Positions 9,413 to 19,296 of a stretch of DNA of 64,000 nucleotides are shown here, piece after piece (position 1 is the first letter of the stretch; every line of letters starts with the position of its first letter). Made by a program: the position numbers and the translations under genes. The notes below the pieces were generated by a model. It ran no database searches, was not told the DNA's origin, and worked only from the letters and a program-made list of their open reading frames with translations. This stretch comes from an uncultured Planctomycetaceae bacterium (GTDB taxonomy: Bacteria > Planctomycetota > Planctomycetia > Isosphaerales > Isosphaeraceae), in NCBI GenBank assembly GCA_963833985.1, contig CAWIAD010000001.1, forward strand, positions 160,001 through 224,000, in the 5' to 3' direction.

Positions 9413-9820
9413 GACCAGCCGGCCCTCACTCGCCTGGAAGACAGGCACAACAAGAACCCGACGCTGGACACGCTCTGGCGCTACGCCGCGGCGGTCGGGC
9501 GGCGGCTGGTCCTGAGCACCGAGATGATCCGCGACACGCGCTCATCGCAGGGCACAGCGAAGCAGGTCCGAGCAGGACAGGAGAAGTAGGCTGCACACCC
9601 GGAGCCACGCGCAATTCGGCCGCGGAAAGCCCGGGGCAACGGCTCCTCTTCCGAGTGCCGAACGACCAGGTCGGGTTGCCGGGGCGACTGAAAGCATTGT
9701 GAAAGTGCCATCGCGACGCCGGCACGAAGGTGTCGCGACGTCGGCGGGCCGGTTTGCACAGCTTGTTGAGTGGCGGGAATCGACAAGCGGGGATCCAGGA
9801 TTCGAACCTGGATCCCCTGC
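9413..9820 (+). repeat. Diverged duplicate of 10610-11010 (3' end of HTH antitoxin gene, downstream spacer, tRNA-Gln 3' end remnant)
   Basis: Colinear high identity by eye; ends in the palindrome ggggatccaggattcgaacctggatcccc resembling the tRNA T-arm/acceptor. Confidence 0.9.
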
Positions 9821-9998
9821 TGCTACGTCGTAATGGGGTGACACTGGCTTGACGTGGGAAAGTCAAGGATCGGAGACTACTGCCAACGCTGGTGGCCCCG
9901 TTCATCTTGTCGTCGTATTGCGGTCGCACGGGCAGTACTGTTGTCCGTGTGTTGCCAGATCGCCAAGCTCGCCTGCTTGACCGACACCGAAGTCGTTC

Positions 9999-10035
9999 TT
10001 GATCGTTCCACACCTGACTTGTATCCTATTACAAG
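9999..10035 (+). promoter_or_regulatory. Sigma70-like promoter with overlapping palindromic operator for the toxin-HTH operon
   Basis: TTGATC-17 bp-TATCCT (9999-10027); CTTGTA-N6-TACAAG (10018-10035); AAGGAGG RBS follows. Confidence 0.6.
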
Positions 10036-10052
10036 GAGGGAGACAGATTGCC

Positions 10053-10352
10053 ATGGGTCGCCTGGCTTTCATCTGGGACCTGGAAGACGACCCGGACGGC
10101 AACTACTGGCACATCTGCGTCGAAGGCCATGGCGTTACCAGGGAAGAAGTCGAAGAGGTGCTGGCGGGGAGTTACGAGACCGCAACCAGGAGCCGGAGCA
10201 GTGGACAGCCTGAGGCGTTTGGTTGGACGGCCCGCGGCAAGTACCTCACGGTGGTTTTCGAGTGCGTCTCCGAGAATCCGTTGACAGTTTACCCCATCAC
10301 AGCGTACGAGGTCTCCCCGCCTGCTCCCAGAAAGCGGACAAAGAAACGATGA
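10053..10352 (+). CDS. BrnT-like (RelE-fold) toxin
   Basis: FIWD...N..HI..HGVTREEVEEVL...G.T..GKYL.VVF...PITAY pattern; strong RBS; ATGA overlap with the HTH gene. Confidence 0.75.
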   Translation: MGRLAFIWDLEDDPDGNYWHICVEGHGVTREEVEEVLAGSYETATRSRSSGQPEAFGWTARGKYLTVVFECVSENPLTVYPITAYEVSPPAPRKRTKKR

Positions 10353-10786
10353 GCGCTCACAAGGACAAAGGAGCCGCGGGTCGGCCCAAGGTCGAGTGGA
10401 CCGCCGAGGACCGGGCACGACACCAGGCCATCCGAGAAAAGTTCCGAGAATGGCACCCCTCCCCCGAGGAGATGATTGCGAGCGGCGAGTCGGCGAGCTT
10501 CGACCTCCATGTCGAGTATCGCGAACTGCGTCCGTTCGTTGAGGAGATGAAGCGGGCTCGAGAGGCGGCGGGGCTCACCCTGGCCGAGGTGTCCCGGCGT
10601 TGTGGCATTGACCAGCCTGCCCTCTCTCGCCTGGAAAACGGTCACAACAAGAACCCGACGCTGGACACGCTCTGGCGCTACGCCGCGGCGGTCGGGCGGC
10701 GCCTGGTCCTGAGCACCGAGATGATCCGCGACACGCGCCCATCGCAGGGCGCAGCGAAGCAGGTCCGAGCAGGACAGGACAAGTAG
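10349..10786 (+). CDS. XRE-family HTH antitoxin/regulator
   Basis: REAAGLTLAEVSRRCGIDQPALSRLENG..NPTLDTL.RYA.A.G. Confidence 0.88.
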   Translation: MSAHKDKGAAGRPKVEWTAEDRARHQAIREKFREWHPSPEEMIASGESASFDLHVEYRELRPFVEEMKRAREAAGLTLAEVSRRCGIDQPALSRLENGHNKNPTLDTLWRYAAAVGRRLVLSTEMIRDTRPSQGAAKQVRAGQDK

Positions 10787-10984
10787 GCTGCTCACCCGGA
10801 GCCACGCGCAATTCGGCCGCGGACAGCCCGGTGCAACGCGTTCCTTTCCGGGTGCCGAACGACCAGGTCGGGTTGCCGGGGCGACTGAAAGTATTGTGAA
10901 AGTGCCATCGCGACGCCGGCACGAAGGTGTCGCGACGTCGGCGGGCCGGTTTGCACAGCTTGTTGACTGGTGGGAATTGACAAG

Positions 10985-11055
10985 CTGGGGATCTAGGATT
11001 CGAACCTAGACTAACTGATCCAGAGTCAGTCGTGCTACCGTTACACCAATCCCCA
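10985..11055 (-). tRNA. trnQ: tRNA-Gln (anticodon CTG), CCA not encoded
   Basis: TGGGGATTGGTGTAACGGTAGCACGACTGACTCTGGATCAGTTAGTCTAGGTTCGAATCCTAGATCCCCAG folds as a cloverleaf with GGTTCGAATCC T-loop. Confidence 0.96.
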
Positions 11056-11164
11056 AGAGATTCGATGGTGTTCAACCGATCTAGGATGATCGTACGCATT
11101 CCGGGCTGAGCTTGCAAGCCCGGACGGAAAGCGTTCGGTGTGTTGATGTTCAGACGCGGCTGGA

Positions 11165-12232
11165 CTAGAGGCTGGGGTTCGAAAACTCCTTCAGCGGCAG
11201 GGATACCGGGACCTGGTGGCGGGAGCTGCGGGCGACCGCTTCCGTGAATTGCATGTACGTCACTCCCGTGGCGAAGGGTGTGTGCGTCACGGGACGCAGG
11301 CCACGCATCGCGGCGACGAAGTCCTCCTCAACCCGCCAGCCTCCCCGAAGGTCCCGGGGAATGGGCAGAACGGCCATGGCCTTGTCCGTACGGCGGCCGG
11401 CGCGGAGCTCGTCACTCAAGAAGTCGTAGATCAACGTGCCCTCGCTGCCGTACAGGGCAACTGCCATCGCCGTCTCATGCCAGACCACTGCGCTCAATCG
11501 ATAAACACCCGCCGAGCCGTCCTCCTGCGTGGTCAAGACCTGAAGGCTGTCCGGTGTGCCCACGCGCATGTAGCGGCTCAGCTCCGGATCACGGCGCTGG
11601 GGGATGAGCTTGGATGCGTAGGCAAGCACCCGATTGGCCGGCGGCAGCCAGCGCAGCAGAGCCTCATAAAGGATTCCCAGGTTGAGTGTATTGAACCCGG
11701 AATAGCGCGTCATCTGCCGCCAGCCCATGGTGGACTCCGGCTCGGCCAGGTCGCTGCTGAAGCTCTGGACATGGACCTCCCGAAGATCCCCCAGGAACCC
11801 ATCCGCGATCAGTGATCGCACGTAGGCCTCACCAGCCAGGCCGTACGGGCTGGGGACGATCATTGCGGTGAGGTCGGGATGTTCCAGCGACTTGTCGAGC
11901 ATGCGCTGCGCCTCGCGCGCGTTCATCGCCATGCGCGCTTGAGTCAGCACGTGCTTGCCCGCATCGAGCGCGGCGAGGGTGACGGGGCAGTGCAGGTAGG
12001 GCCAGGCACCGATGAGCACGGCGTCGATGTCCGGGTTGGCAACCAGCTCTTCCCAGTTGGCGAAGATGCGCGGAATGTCGAAATCGCGCGCCACGCGCGC
12101 GGCGGATTCGCGGTGACGGTTGCATACGGCGTCCACCTTCACTCCGGGGATTCGCCGCAGACCGGGCAAGTGCCTTGTCCGCGTGATCCGACCGGCGCCC
12201 ACGATACCAACTCGCAGGTCTCCGTGGCTCAT
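11165..12232 (-). CDS. Gfo/Idh/MocA family NAD(P)-dependent oxidoreductase
   Basis: VGIVGAGRI Rossmann motif, DIDAVLI, H...ALDAGKHVL. Confidence 0.9.
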   Translation of the reverse strand: MSHGDLRVGIVGAGRITRTRHLPGLRRIPGVKVDAVCNRHRESAARVARDFDIPRIFANWEELVANPDIDAVLIGAWPYLHCPVTLAALDAGKHVLTQARMAMNAREAQRMLDKSLEHPDLTAMIVPSPYGLAGEAYVRSLIADGFLGDLREVHVQSFSSDLAEPESTMGWRQMTRYSGFNTLNLGILYEALLRWLPPANRVLAYASKLIPQRRDPELSRYMRVGTPDSLQVLTTQEDGSAGVYRLSAVVWHETAMAVALYGSEGTLIYDFLSDELRAGRRTDKAMAVLPIPRDLRGGWRVEEDFVAAMRGLRPVTHTPFATGVTYMQFTEAVARSSRHQVPVSLPLKEFSNPSL

Positions 12233-12495
12233 GATTCCGCCCGTTTCAAGGTCGTGGAGACATCGTGATGAGGGATCTTCTGCGGATTGTGGCAACCCAG
12301 TCCATACCGATGCCCCGAGGAGGCGGCGAACTCGAATCGGCGCCAATGGATTCTAGAGGCTGCGGCAAAGCAATCCAGTCGGTGGATCAACCTTTGGCGT
12401 CGATGTCCCGGGAAAGCAGAAAGATTTGGCCGTTCAGCAGGTTCGTGTGCGTTCGGAATCGAGCCAGTCCATGAGGGGGGTGGACTGCAATCGGA

Positions 12496-12711
12496 CTATC
12501 GGGCTGCGCGGGGGCCATAATCATAGTTCGCGCCGGCATAGCCGCCCAGGTAGATCGCCTTGGTGCCGTCGTTGTCATAAGCCGGGCGCTGCACCACGTA
12601 AGATCGATCGGGACGGTAGCGGTACGACGAGCAGCCGGCCGCCAGCGGAGCCACCGCCAGAGCAAGCACGAACAGTTTCAGGCGTCGGCCCAGTGAGGTG
12701 CGTGAGAGCAT
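12496..12711 (-). CDS. Small lipoprotein, Tyr/Gly-rich
   Basis: Basic N-terminus, hydrophobic stretch, lipobox LAAG-C; mature part ...IYLGGYAGANYDY. Confidence 0.6.
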   Translation of the reverse strand: MLSRTSLGRRLKLFVLALAVAPLAAGCSSYRYRPDRSYVVQRPAYDNDGTKAIYLGGYAGANYDYGPRAAR

Positions 12712-12858
12712 GGAGAATCGACCTCGACCGTCCCAGTCCGGGGGTCTCGAGACACCTTCAGAGTATCGGAACTTGCGCCTGCTGGATCGAGGATTCATTG
12801 CCGAATACGATGAAGTCGCGGTTCCTGGAGTCTGTCATTTCCCATTTTCGAGGCCCGC

Positions 12859-13362
12859 ATGCCCGATCGCCTGTCCGTGCTGCGGCTCCTGGCGCTCTGG
12901 TCGATGGTCTTCTGGCTGGGGGGATTCACGTTCTACGCGGCGGTGGTGATTCCGGTCCTTCATGACCAGCTAGGAAGCCCGCTGGAAACGGGCCTGGTCA
13001 CCCGGCGCGTGACGGATGTGTTGAACGCAGCCGGTTTTGTGACGATCGTTCTGGCCTGGACCCTGTTCCGGATGGAGCCGGAACGCCCGAGCGTGAGATC
13101 CGCCCGAAGGCGGTGGTCCGGTGCCGCGCTCGCGGCCACGACCGTCTGCCTGCTTTGCCTGGTGCTCTTGCACCGGGTACTCGACCAGATGCTGGACGGT
13201 GGCGGGTTGTCGGGTTTTTACCGGCTGCATCGTGTGTATCTCTGGTTGAGCACAATCCAATGGCTGGCGAATCTGATCCTGCTCACCGGCTGGGCGCGGG
13301 CGTGGCGGGGAGGGACCGGAAACCAACCGGCAGAAAACTTCAAGTTTTCGGGTGATCGCTGA
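12859..13362 (+). CDS. Four-TM membrane protein (DUF4149-like)
   Basis: WLGGFTFYAAVVIP...FYRLHRVYL; four hydrophobic segments. Confidence 0.7.
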   Translation: MPDRLSVLRLLALWSMVFWLGGFTFYAAVVIPVLHDQLGSPLETGLVTRRVTDVLNAAGFVTIVLAWTLFRMEPERPSVRSARRRWSGAALAATTVCLLCLVLLHRVLDQMLDGGGLSGFYRLHRVYLWLSTIQWLANLILLTGWARAWRGGTGNQPAENFKFSGDR

Positions 13363-13484
13363 GGCCGGAAATCTCGGCCCGATCGATTCAAGCCCGAGAA
13401 TGCGAAGGACCGATCGAAAGGCTGTTCCGGCCTGTTCCGAGTGGCCGCTGGCGGCTTGACCGGCCGGACGCATCATCCTGCAAG

Positions 13485-15365
13485 GTGGCTTTCTGGATGT
13501 CGCGTACGGTTCACGCTCGACTCCGCGGCCTGAGCCTGGGATTCCTGCTTGCACTTCCCGTGGTCGTGCTCGTGGGAGTTCGTGCGGGGACCGAAGGGCG
13601 CAGGGCCGAGGCCCCGGTCGATCCGTACTGGAAGCCCGGAGTCGCAGTTCCTGTCGCGGTCCGCAGCGGACAGGCGAGGTTCCGGGTGCCGGTCGCCCGG
13701 TCCGGTTCGGAGGTGCTGGTGATCGTCTCGTCGCTGGCAACCGCGCCAGGACCTTATGCGGTTTCGCTAAACGCGACGCCGACGGCCAGCGCGGGGGCGA
13801 CGGAGAAACCGCAAGCGCCGCCCACGCGCCGGCCCAGACTACGGCCATTCCATGCCGGGCCGGTGCCGCGTCCTCCTGCGGGATGGCCTGCTTCCAGCCG
13901 CGACTTTTCACTCATGGTGCGTGACGGCGACGTCGCCAGCGCCAGCAATTATCTGACCGTGCGCGGCGTGCTGCGGGCCGTGGGGCAGCGCGTGCAGGTG
14001 TACGTGGCGGCCGAAGACGTGAAGCAGGTCGATTCCGAACTGCTCAAGGACGTGGTGGCGACGTTTGACGACCGGATCTTCCCGGTCGCGGCGAAAACCG
14101 TCGGGCTGGCCCGCGACGTCGACGGCGACGGCCGGTTCACGGTGCTGCTCTCGAGCTGGCTGAGCCGGCTGGCGGACGGCCGCAACGCGGTCGATGGATT
14201 CGTGAGGGTCTCGGATCTGGATCCGGCATACCCTGCACCCTTCGGCAACCGCTGCGACATGATGTATCTGAGCACCGGTCTCAGGCCGGGCCCACATCTG
14301 CGCACGGTCCTGGCCCACGAATACATGCATGCCGTTGTCTTCACGGGAAAGGTGCAAGACGCGGAGCGGACGGGCGCCCGGCCGGTGATCCTCGAGGAAG
14401 AGGGCTGGCTTGACGAGGCGCTGGCTCATCTGGCCGAAGATCAGCAGGCCTTTTCGCGAACCAATATTGATTACCGGGTGAGTGCGTTCCTGTCGCAGCC
14501 CGAACGTTACCGGCTGGTGGTCGACGATTACTTCGCCGCCAATCTGTTTCGCAGCCACGGCAACCGGGGTAGTACGTACCTGTTCCTGCGATGGTGCGTG
14601 GACCAGTACGGACCGGAGCTGCTGCCGGCGCTGGTGCATTCCCGGCTGCGGGGGATCGCGAACCTGGAGGAAGCCACTGGAAGCACGTTCGCCGAGCTCT
14701 ACCGCCGGTGGTCGGTGGCCCTGTTCATGAGCGGGCTTGACCCCGCGGCGAGTCGAGCCTCCGCGGAGCCATATCGATCGGTTGATGTGCGGAACGTGCT
14801 GGACGACTGGCAGCTGGCGGGGCCCAGAGTCAGCTACGTGGAGCCGGCGGGACGTGCTGATTGCTGGTCGGCGGCGGGCACGACGAGTCACTTTGTGGTG
14901 GTCCGTGCCATCGCTTCAGGCGCCCTGGAGATCACGGTCTCCGGTCCGGCCGGGGCGGAGCTTCAGGTGACCGCGGTGCCATTGCCGTCCGGCATGGCGC
15001 GGCTCGAGCTGTCCGCAAGTGCCGCGGCTGCGGCCGACGGTGAGCTCCGCTTACGGGCCACGGTGCGCGAGTCGAATCACGAGTCCGTTCGGCTCACCGC
15101 CCTGGCCTGGGAGCCGCTGGTCCCGCCGGCCGTCGCGCACGGATCAGGGCTGTGCCACGGACAGCTCGACATCCTGGGTATCGCCGCCAGCTTCGGCACT
15201 TCAGCCCTCGAGGAAGGGGCCACGCTGAGGTCGCGTCCCATCCGCCTCGAGGGTGTTCATGCGGGAACCGGGCCGCTGGTCGTCAAGCTGGTCGGCGTGG
15301 ACGAGTACGGCCGCAGGGTCGCCGCGTGGGCTCAGATCAACACCGCAGAGCCTGATTCCCACTGA
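13485..15365 (+). CDS. Secreted zinc metallopeptidase (M30/hyicolysin-like)
   Basis: Signal peptide; DVDGDGRFTVLL; LAHEYMH followed by WLDEALAHLAE. Confidence 0.75.
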   Translation: MAFWMSRTVHARLRGLSLGFLLALPVVVLVGVRAGTEGRRAEAPVDPYWKPGVAVPVAVRSGQARFRVPVARSGSEVLVIVSSLATAPGPYAVSLNATPTASAGATEKPQAPPTRRPRLRPFHAGPVPRPPAGWPASSRDFSLMVRDGDVASASNYLTVRGVLRAVGQRVQVYVAAEDVKQVDSELLKDVVATFDDRIFPVAAKTVGLARDVDGDGRFTVLLSSWLSRLADGRNAVDGFVRVSDLDPAYPAPFGNRCDMMYLSTGLRPGPHLRTVLAHEYMHAVVFTGKVQDAERTGARPVILEEEGWLDEALAHLAEDQQAFSRTNIDYRVSAFLSQPERYRLVVDDYFAANLFRSHGNRGSTYLFLRWCVDQYGPELLPALVHSRLRGIANLEEATGSTFAELYRRWSVALFMSGLDPAASRASAEPYRSVDVRNVLDDWQLAGPRVSYVEPAGRADCWSAAGTTSHFVVVRAIASGALEITVSGPAGAELQVTAVPLPSGMARLELSASAAAAADGELRLRATVRESNHESVRLTALAWEPLVPPAVAHGSGLCHGQLDILGIAASFGTSALEEGATLRSRPIRLEGVHAGTGPLVVKLVGVDEYGRRVAAWAQINTAEPDSH

Positions 15366-15726
15366 ATGCCAGCCAGACGAGGGGGCAAGCTGCGCCATGG
15401 TGCCTGCCTGTCACCGCGATCTTGTTGCTGGCGGCTCATCGAGGCGCGGTGGAGATTCCCTTGCCCGGCGAGGGTGCCGCCATTATGATCGATTCCAGCA
15501 TGGCATCGCAACTCATCAGGGCATGCCTGAATTTTGGGGCTGCGGTGATCACGTCGGTCATTGCAATGCCAACCCGGAAGCGACTGCTGCTTCCACAGGG
15601 CGAGGAACGACGGCACGCCCTCACCGGCGCGGTCGACACCTGGGCCCCGTATCGTTGAGAGAGCGTTCACTCGAAGGGGGCAAGAGATTTGTGAGAGACC
15701 TGTTCCCGCGCGGAGTGTGGGAACCA

Positions 15727-15960
15727 AGCAGTTCCGCAGAAGTCTCTGGACAGGATTGCCGTTCGCTTGCCCGGGGCTGAGGGCCAAGCCTGGCCGCTCT
15801 CCTCGTGGGGTACGATTCCAATCGTGCCATTCCAAGTTCATCAGATAGAAGAATTGACACGATCGGAATCGTATCCCACAAAGAGGGGCCTTCCGGCCAT
15901 CCAGGATCGCGTCAACCTGCTAAATGCCTGTCCAAGCACTACTGCGAACCTCCTTAGTAA
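15727..15960. repeat. Dispersed REP/MITE-like element, copy 2
   Basis: Same orientation and sequence as 2225-2500 but lacking one ~40 bp internal unit. Confidence 0.85.
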
Positions 15961-16160
15961 CAAGCCTCTGCCGACGTTCAGCTTATCCCTCTTTCATGGG
16001 AATTGAGCCGAGGCCCGCCGCGGTGCCGCACTGGCGGCATGAGCGGCCTCACGCATTACGTAAATCCATTTATGTTGTCTTGTCGAATTCGACCGCCTGA
16101 CCTGTTCCCCAGGCAAGTGAACATTGCGGTTCTCTTTTGTGCCGGGGTCCCCTGAAGCCG

Positions 16161-19100
16161 ATGCATACTTCCACCGTCCGCAACGACGCACCACCGGCGG
16201 CCGACCGCGAGGCCGATTTGCATTCGCTCGAGTCGCTCATCGAGCATGCGGGCCACCTGCTGCCCGCGCAGGGTCCGATCACGGTCTTCATTCACCACAA
16301 CACGCTGCACGCCTTCGAGGACCTACCGTTCCGCGAGGCGGTGCTGAAGGGGGCGCATCTCTTCGGCTGCCAGCCTTTCCTGAGCGAGGACCGCTACCGC
16401 CAGGAGCTGGCGCGGGGGCGGATTCGCTTCGCCGAACTCCGTGAGGTGCTCGAGCAGGACCTGGGAAACGCGGCCCACGAGCACATTCCCTGCTTTGGCA
16501 CCCGCCTCGACCTCCGGCTGGCCATGCTTCAGAACCCGTTGCGTACCGGGCCGACGGAGGAGCTGGTCTGGTATGTGGCCGAGGCCAACGCGTTGCGGCG
16601 GATCCGCCAGGAAGTGTCGGCCGCCCACCGCGCGCGGTTGATCGCCGAGACCCGTCGCTGGGTGATCCGCGACCTCCGCGGGTTCGGTGACCACCATCCC
16701 GGCAAGGCGTCCGGCACCGAGGGGCCCGGGCAGGTCTCCGCCAGCCTGGCGGAGTTGCTGGCCCGCTTCGGCGCGTCCCGGATGGAGTACTGGAGCGACG
16801 ACGACTGGGAGAGCCTGACGCTCCAGGCGCTGTGGCGTGTGTGCTGCGACGGCGTCCGCGACCTCACCTCGTTCACGGCCACGGCCCCACTGGCCATTCG
16901 CCATCGCGATGTGCTGCGGGAGGCGACCGGTGTCGACACGGACCTGCTTGTCAATGATCACCTGATTCCGCTCATCGCCGCGTTTCTCGACCAGGGCTTC
17001 GCCCGCTGGCCATTGCCTCACCGCGAACAGGGGTTCTACCACTCCTTCTGTGCCCTCTACCGCCAGCGCTGGGGTCCTCCGGATCTCTGGCTGCGCGGGC
17101 TCGCCAGGGAGCTGGACCGGATCCAGGATGAAGGCATGCGGCCGCTGGAGTGCGTCCTGGAATCGCTCAGCGAGCTGGGCGTCGCCAGATCCGAGTGGGA
17201 CGCCTACCTGACGGCCACGTTGCTTGTTCTCAGGGGCTGGGCCGGGATGGTCAGCCAGATCGAGGCCCGTGGCGAGCGCGTGGCTCATCCCGTGTCTGCG
17301 GGAAGCCTGATCGAGTTTCTGGCGGTCCGGCTGCTGCTGGACCGCTTCGCCGTGGCCCACACGGTGCGCAGCGCGCTGGGGATCAAGACCCCGGTCAAGG
17401 AGTTCTGGCGGCTGGCCCGCGGGCTCATCGAGCCCGCCTGGCCGCTGAGCGTCGAGCAGCGCGCCTTCCCGGTCTTCCAGCTCGCCCAGATCTTCGGGCT
17501 CTCTCCCGATGTGCTCTACCGGCTGGGCAAGAGGCAGTGGACGACCATGCTCGAGGAGATCGACGCGTTCAGTGCGCTGGAGCGGCGCAGGGTCTTTCAT
17601 CTCGCCTACGAGCGGCGGTTCTACTCCCAGATTGCCGACGCGGTGACGGTGCACGCGCGCCGGGCGGCGCCCACACCGGCGCAGCCGCGGTTCCAGGCAG
17701 TCTTCTGCATTGACGAGCGCGAGGAGTCGATCCGCCGGCATATCGAGGAGCTGGCAGCGGACGCGGAGACGTTCGGCACGGCCGGATTCTTCTCGGTGGC
17801 GATGTACTATCGCGGAGCCGCCGATGCCCACTTCAGGCCGCTTTGTCCGGGTGGGATCCAACCGGGGCACTGGGTGGCGGAGCGGGTCATCGGCGGCGAC
17901 GAGCAAGCCGACCGATTCCGCCGGAAGGCGCGGCGCGTGATGGGCATGGCGTCGTACCGGTTCGATCTCGGCAGTCGGTCGCTGACATCGGGAGCCCTGA
18001 TCGCGGCCGCGCTGGGGGTGCTCGCCTCGATTCCGCTGGTGGCGCGCACGCTTTTCCCGCGGTTCACAGCGCGGCTGCGCAGCAGCCTGGGCCGGTTCAT
18101 GGCTGACACCCCTTTGACGCGACTGGAGCTCGAGCGCACCGGCGGCGCGCCCGGACCGGAAGGCGGCCACCTTGGCTTCACCATCGAGGAGATGGTGCGG
18201 ATCGTCGAGCAGGTGCTGCGCGAGCTGGGCCTGACGACGGCTTTCGCACGCCTGGTCTTCGTGTTCGGCCATGGTTCGAGCAGCCTGAACAACCCGCACG
18301 AGTCAGCCCATGACTGCGGCGCCTGCGGCGGCGCGCAGGGCGGCCCCAACGCCCGGGCCCTGGCCCAGATGCTCAACGACCCACGGGTGCGGCAGCGGCT
18401 CCTGGAAAGGGGGCTGGCCATCCCCGACGAGACCTGCTTCGTGGGTGGCGTGCACAACACGAGCAGCGAGGAGCTCTCGTTCTACGACCTGGACCTGCTG
18501 CCTGAATCGCACCGGAGCGAGTTCGAGTCGATCCGGGAACTGCTCGAGGCCGCTTGCGACCGCAACGCGCACGAGCGCTGCCGGCGCTTCCATTCGGCCC
18601 CGCTATCGCTCCCGTTCGCGGCCGCCCGGCAGCACGTCGAGGCGCGTGCGGAGGACCTGGCTCAGGTCCGGCCGGAGTGGGGCCATGCGACCAACGCCGT
18701 CTGCATTGTCGGCCGGCGGCACCGCACCCGGGGACTATTTCTGGACCGCCGGGCGTTTCTGGCTTCCTACGACCCCACTCAGGACGACGCCGAGAGCTCC
18801 GTCCTCACCCGCATCTTGCAGGCGGTCTTCCCGGTCTGCGCCGGCATCAACCTCGAGTATTACTTCTCCTACGTGGATAACACCGGCTATGGCTGCGGCA
18901 CCAAGCTGCCGCACAACGTGGCCTCCCTGCTGGGCGTGATGGACGGCGCGGCCAGCGACCTGCGCACCGGTCTGCCCTGGCAGATGGTGGAGATTCACGA
19001 GCCCGTCCGGATCCTTTTCATCGTCGAGACGACGGCCGAGGCCATGCTGCGGATCATGGAGCGGAACGAGGGCATTGGCCGGCTTTGCCGCAACCGCTGG

Positions 19101-19268
19101 GTGCGTGTCGCGGTGCTCGACCCGTCCGCGGCCCAGCTTTCCGTCTTTCAGTCGGGCGAGTTCCGACTGTACGAGCCGGACGCGGGGACCATGCCCCACG
19201 CCGACTCATCGGTGGACTGGTATCGCGGCTGGCGCGATCACCTCGAATTTGCCGAGATCGGCTCATGA
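16161..19268 (+). CDS. dabA: DabA (DUF2309) soluble subunit of inorganic carbon pump
   Basis: [17 protein letters not shown] (Cys/Asp), GHGS..NNP....DCGACGG (His/Cys) Zn ligands, [25 protein letters not shown]. Confidence 0.93.
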   Translation: MHTSTVRNDAPPAADREADLHSLESLIEHAGHLLPAQGPITVFIHHNTLHAFEDLPFREAVLKGAHLFGCQPFLSEDRYRQELARGRIRFAELREVLEQDLGNAAHEHIPCFGTRLDLRLAMLQNPLRTGPTEELVWYVAEANALRRIRQEVSAAHRARLIAETRRWVIRDLRGFGDHHPGKASGTEGPGQVSASLAELLARFGASRMEYWSDDDWESLTLQALWRVCCDGVRDLTSFTATAPLAIRHRDVLREATGVDTDLLVNDHLIPLIAAFLDQGFARWPLPHREQGFYHSFCALYRQRWGPPDLWLRGLARELDRIQDEGMRPLECVLESLSELGVARSEWDAYLTATLLVLRGWAGMVSQIEARGERVAHPVSAGSLIEFLAVRLLLDRFAVAHTVRSALGIKTPVKEFWRLARGLIEPAWPLSVEQRAFPVFQLAQIFGLSPDVLYRLGKRQWTTMLEEIDAFSALERRRVFHLAYERRFYSQIADAVTVHARRAAPTPAQPRFQAVFCIDEREESIRRHIEELAADAETFGTAGFFSVAMYYRGAADAHFRPLCPGGIQPGHWVAERVIGGDEQADRFRRKARRVMGMASYRFDLGSRSLTSGALIAAALGVLASIPLVARTLFPRFTARLRSSLGRFMADTPLTRLELERTGGAPGPEGGHLGFTIEEMVRIVEQVLRELGLTTAFARLVFVFGHGSSSLNNPHESAHDCGACGGAQGGPNARALAQMLNDPRVRQRLLERGLAIPDETCFVGGVHNTSSEELSFYDLDLLPESHRSEFESIRELLEAACDRNAHERCRRFHSAPLSLPFAAARQHVEARAEDLAQVRPEWGHATNAVCIVGRRHRTRGLFLDRRAFLASYDPTQDDAESSVLTRILQAVFPVCAGINLEYYFSYVDNTGYGCGTKLPHNVASLLGVMDGAASDLRTGLPWQMVEIHEPVRILFIVETTAEAMLRIMERNEGIGRLCRNRWVRVAVLDPSAAQLSVFQSGEFRLYEPDAGTMPHADSSVDWYRGWRDHLEFAEIGS

Positions 19269-19296
19269 TGATGGACCCGCGAAGAAGAGGTCGGCC

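Noticed and set aside
9787..9820. Second tRNA gene
   Set aside because: Only T-arm/acceptor-like sequence; no D or anticodon arm.
8491..11055. Prophage or integrative element at tRNA-Gln
   Set aside because: No integrase, phage or conjugation genes in the window.
15422..15658. Small CDS between the peptidase and the repeat element
   Set aside because: No recognisable motif or RBS; several overlapping ORFs are equally plausible.
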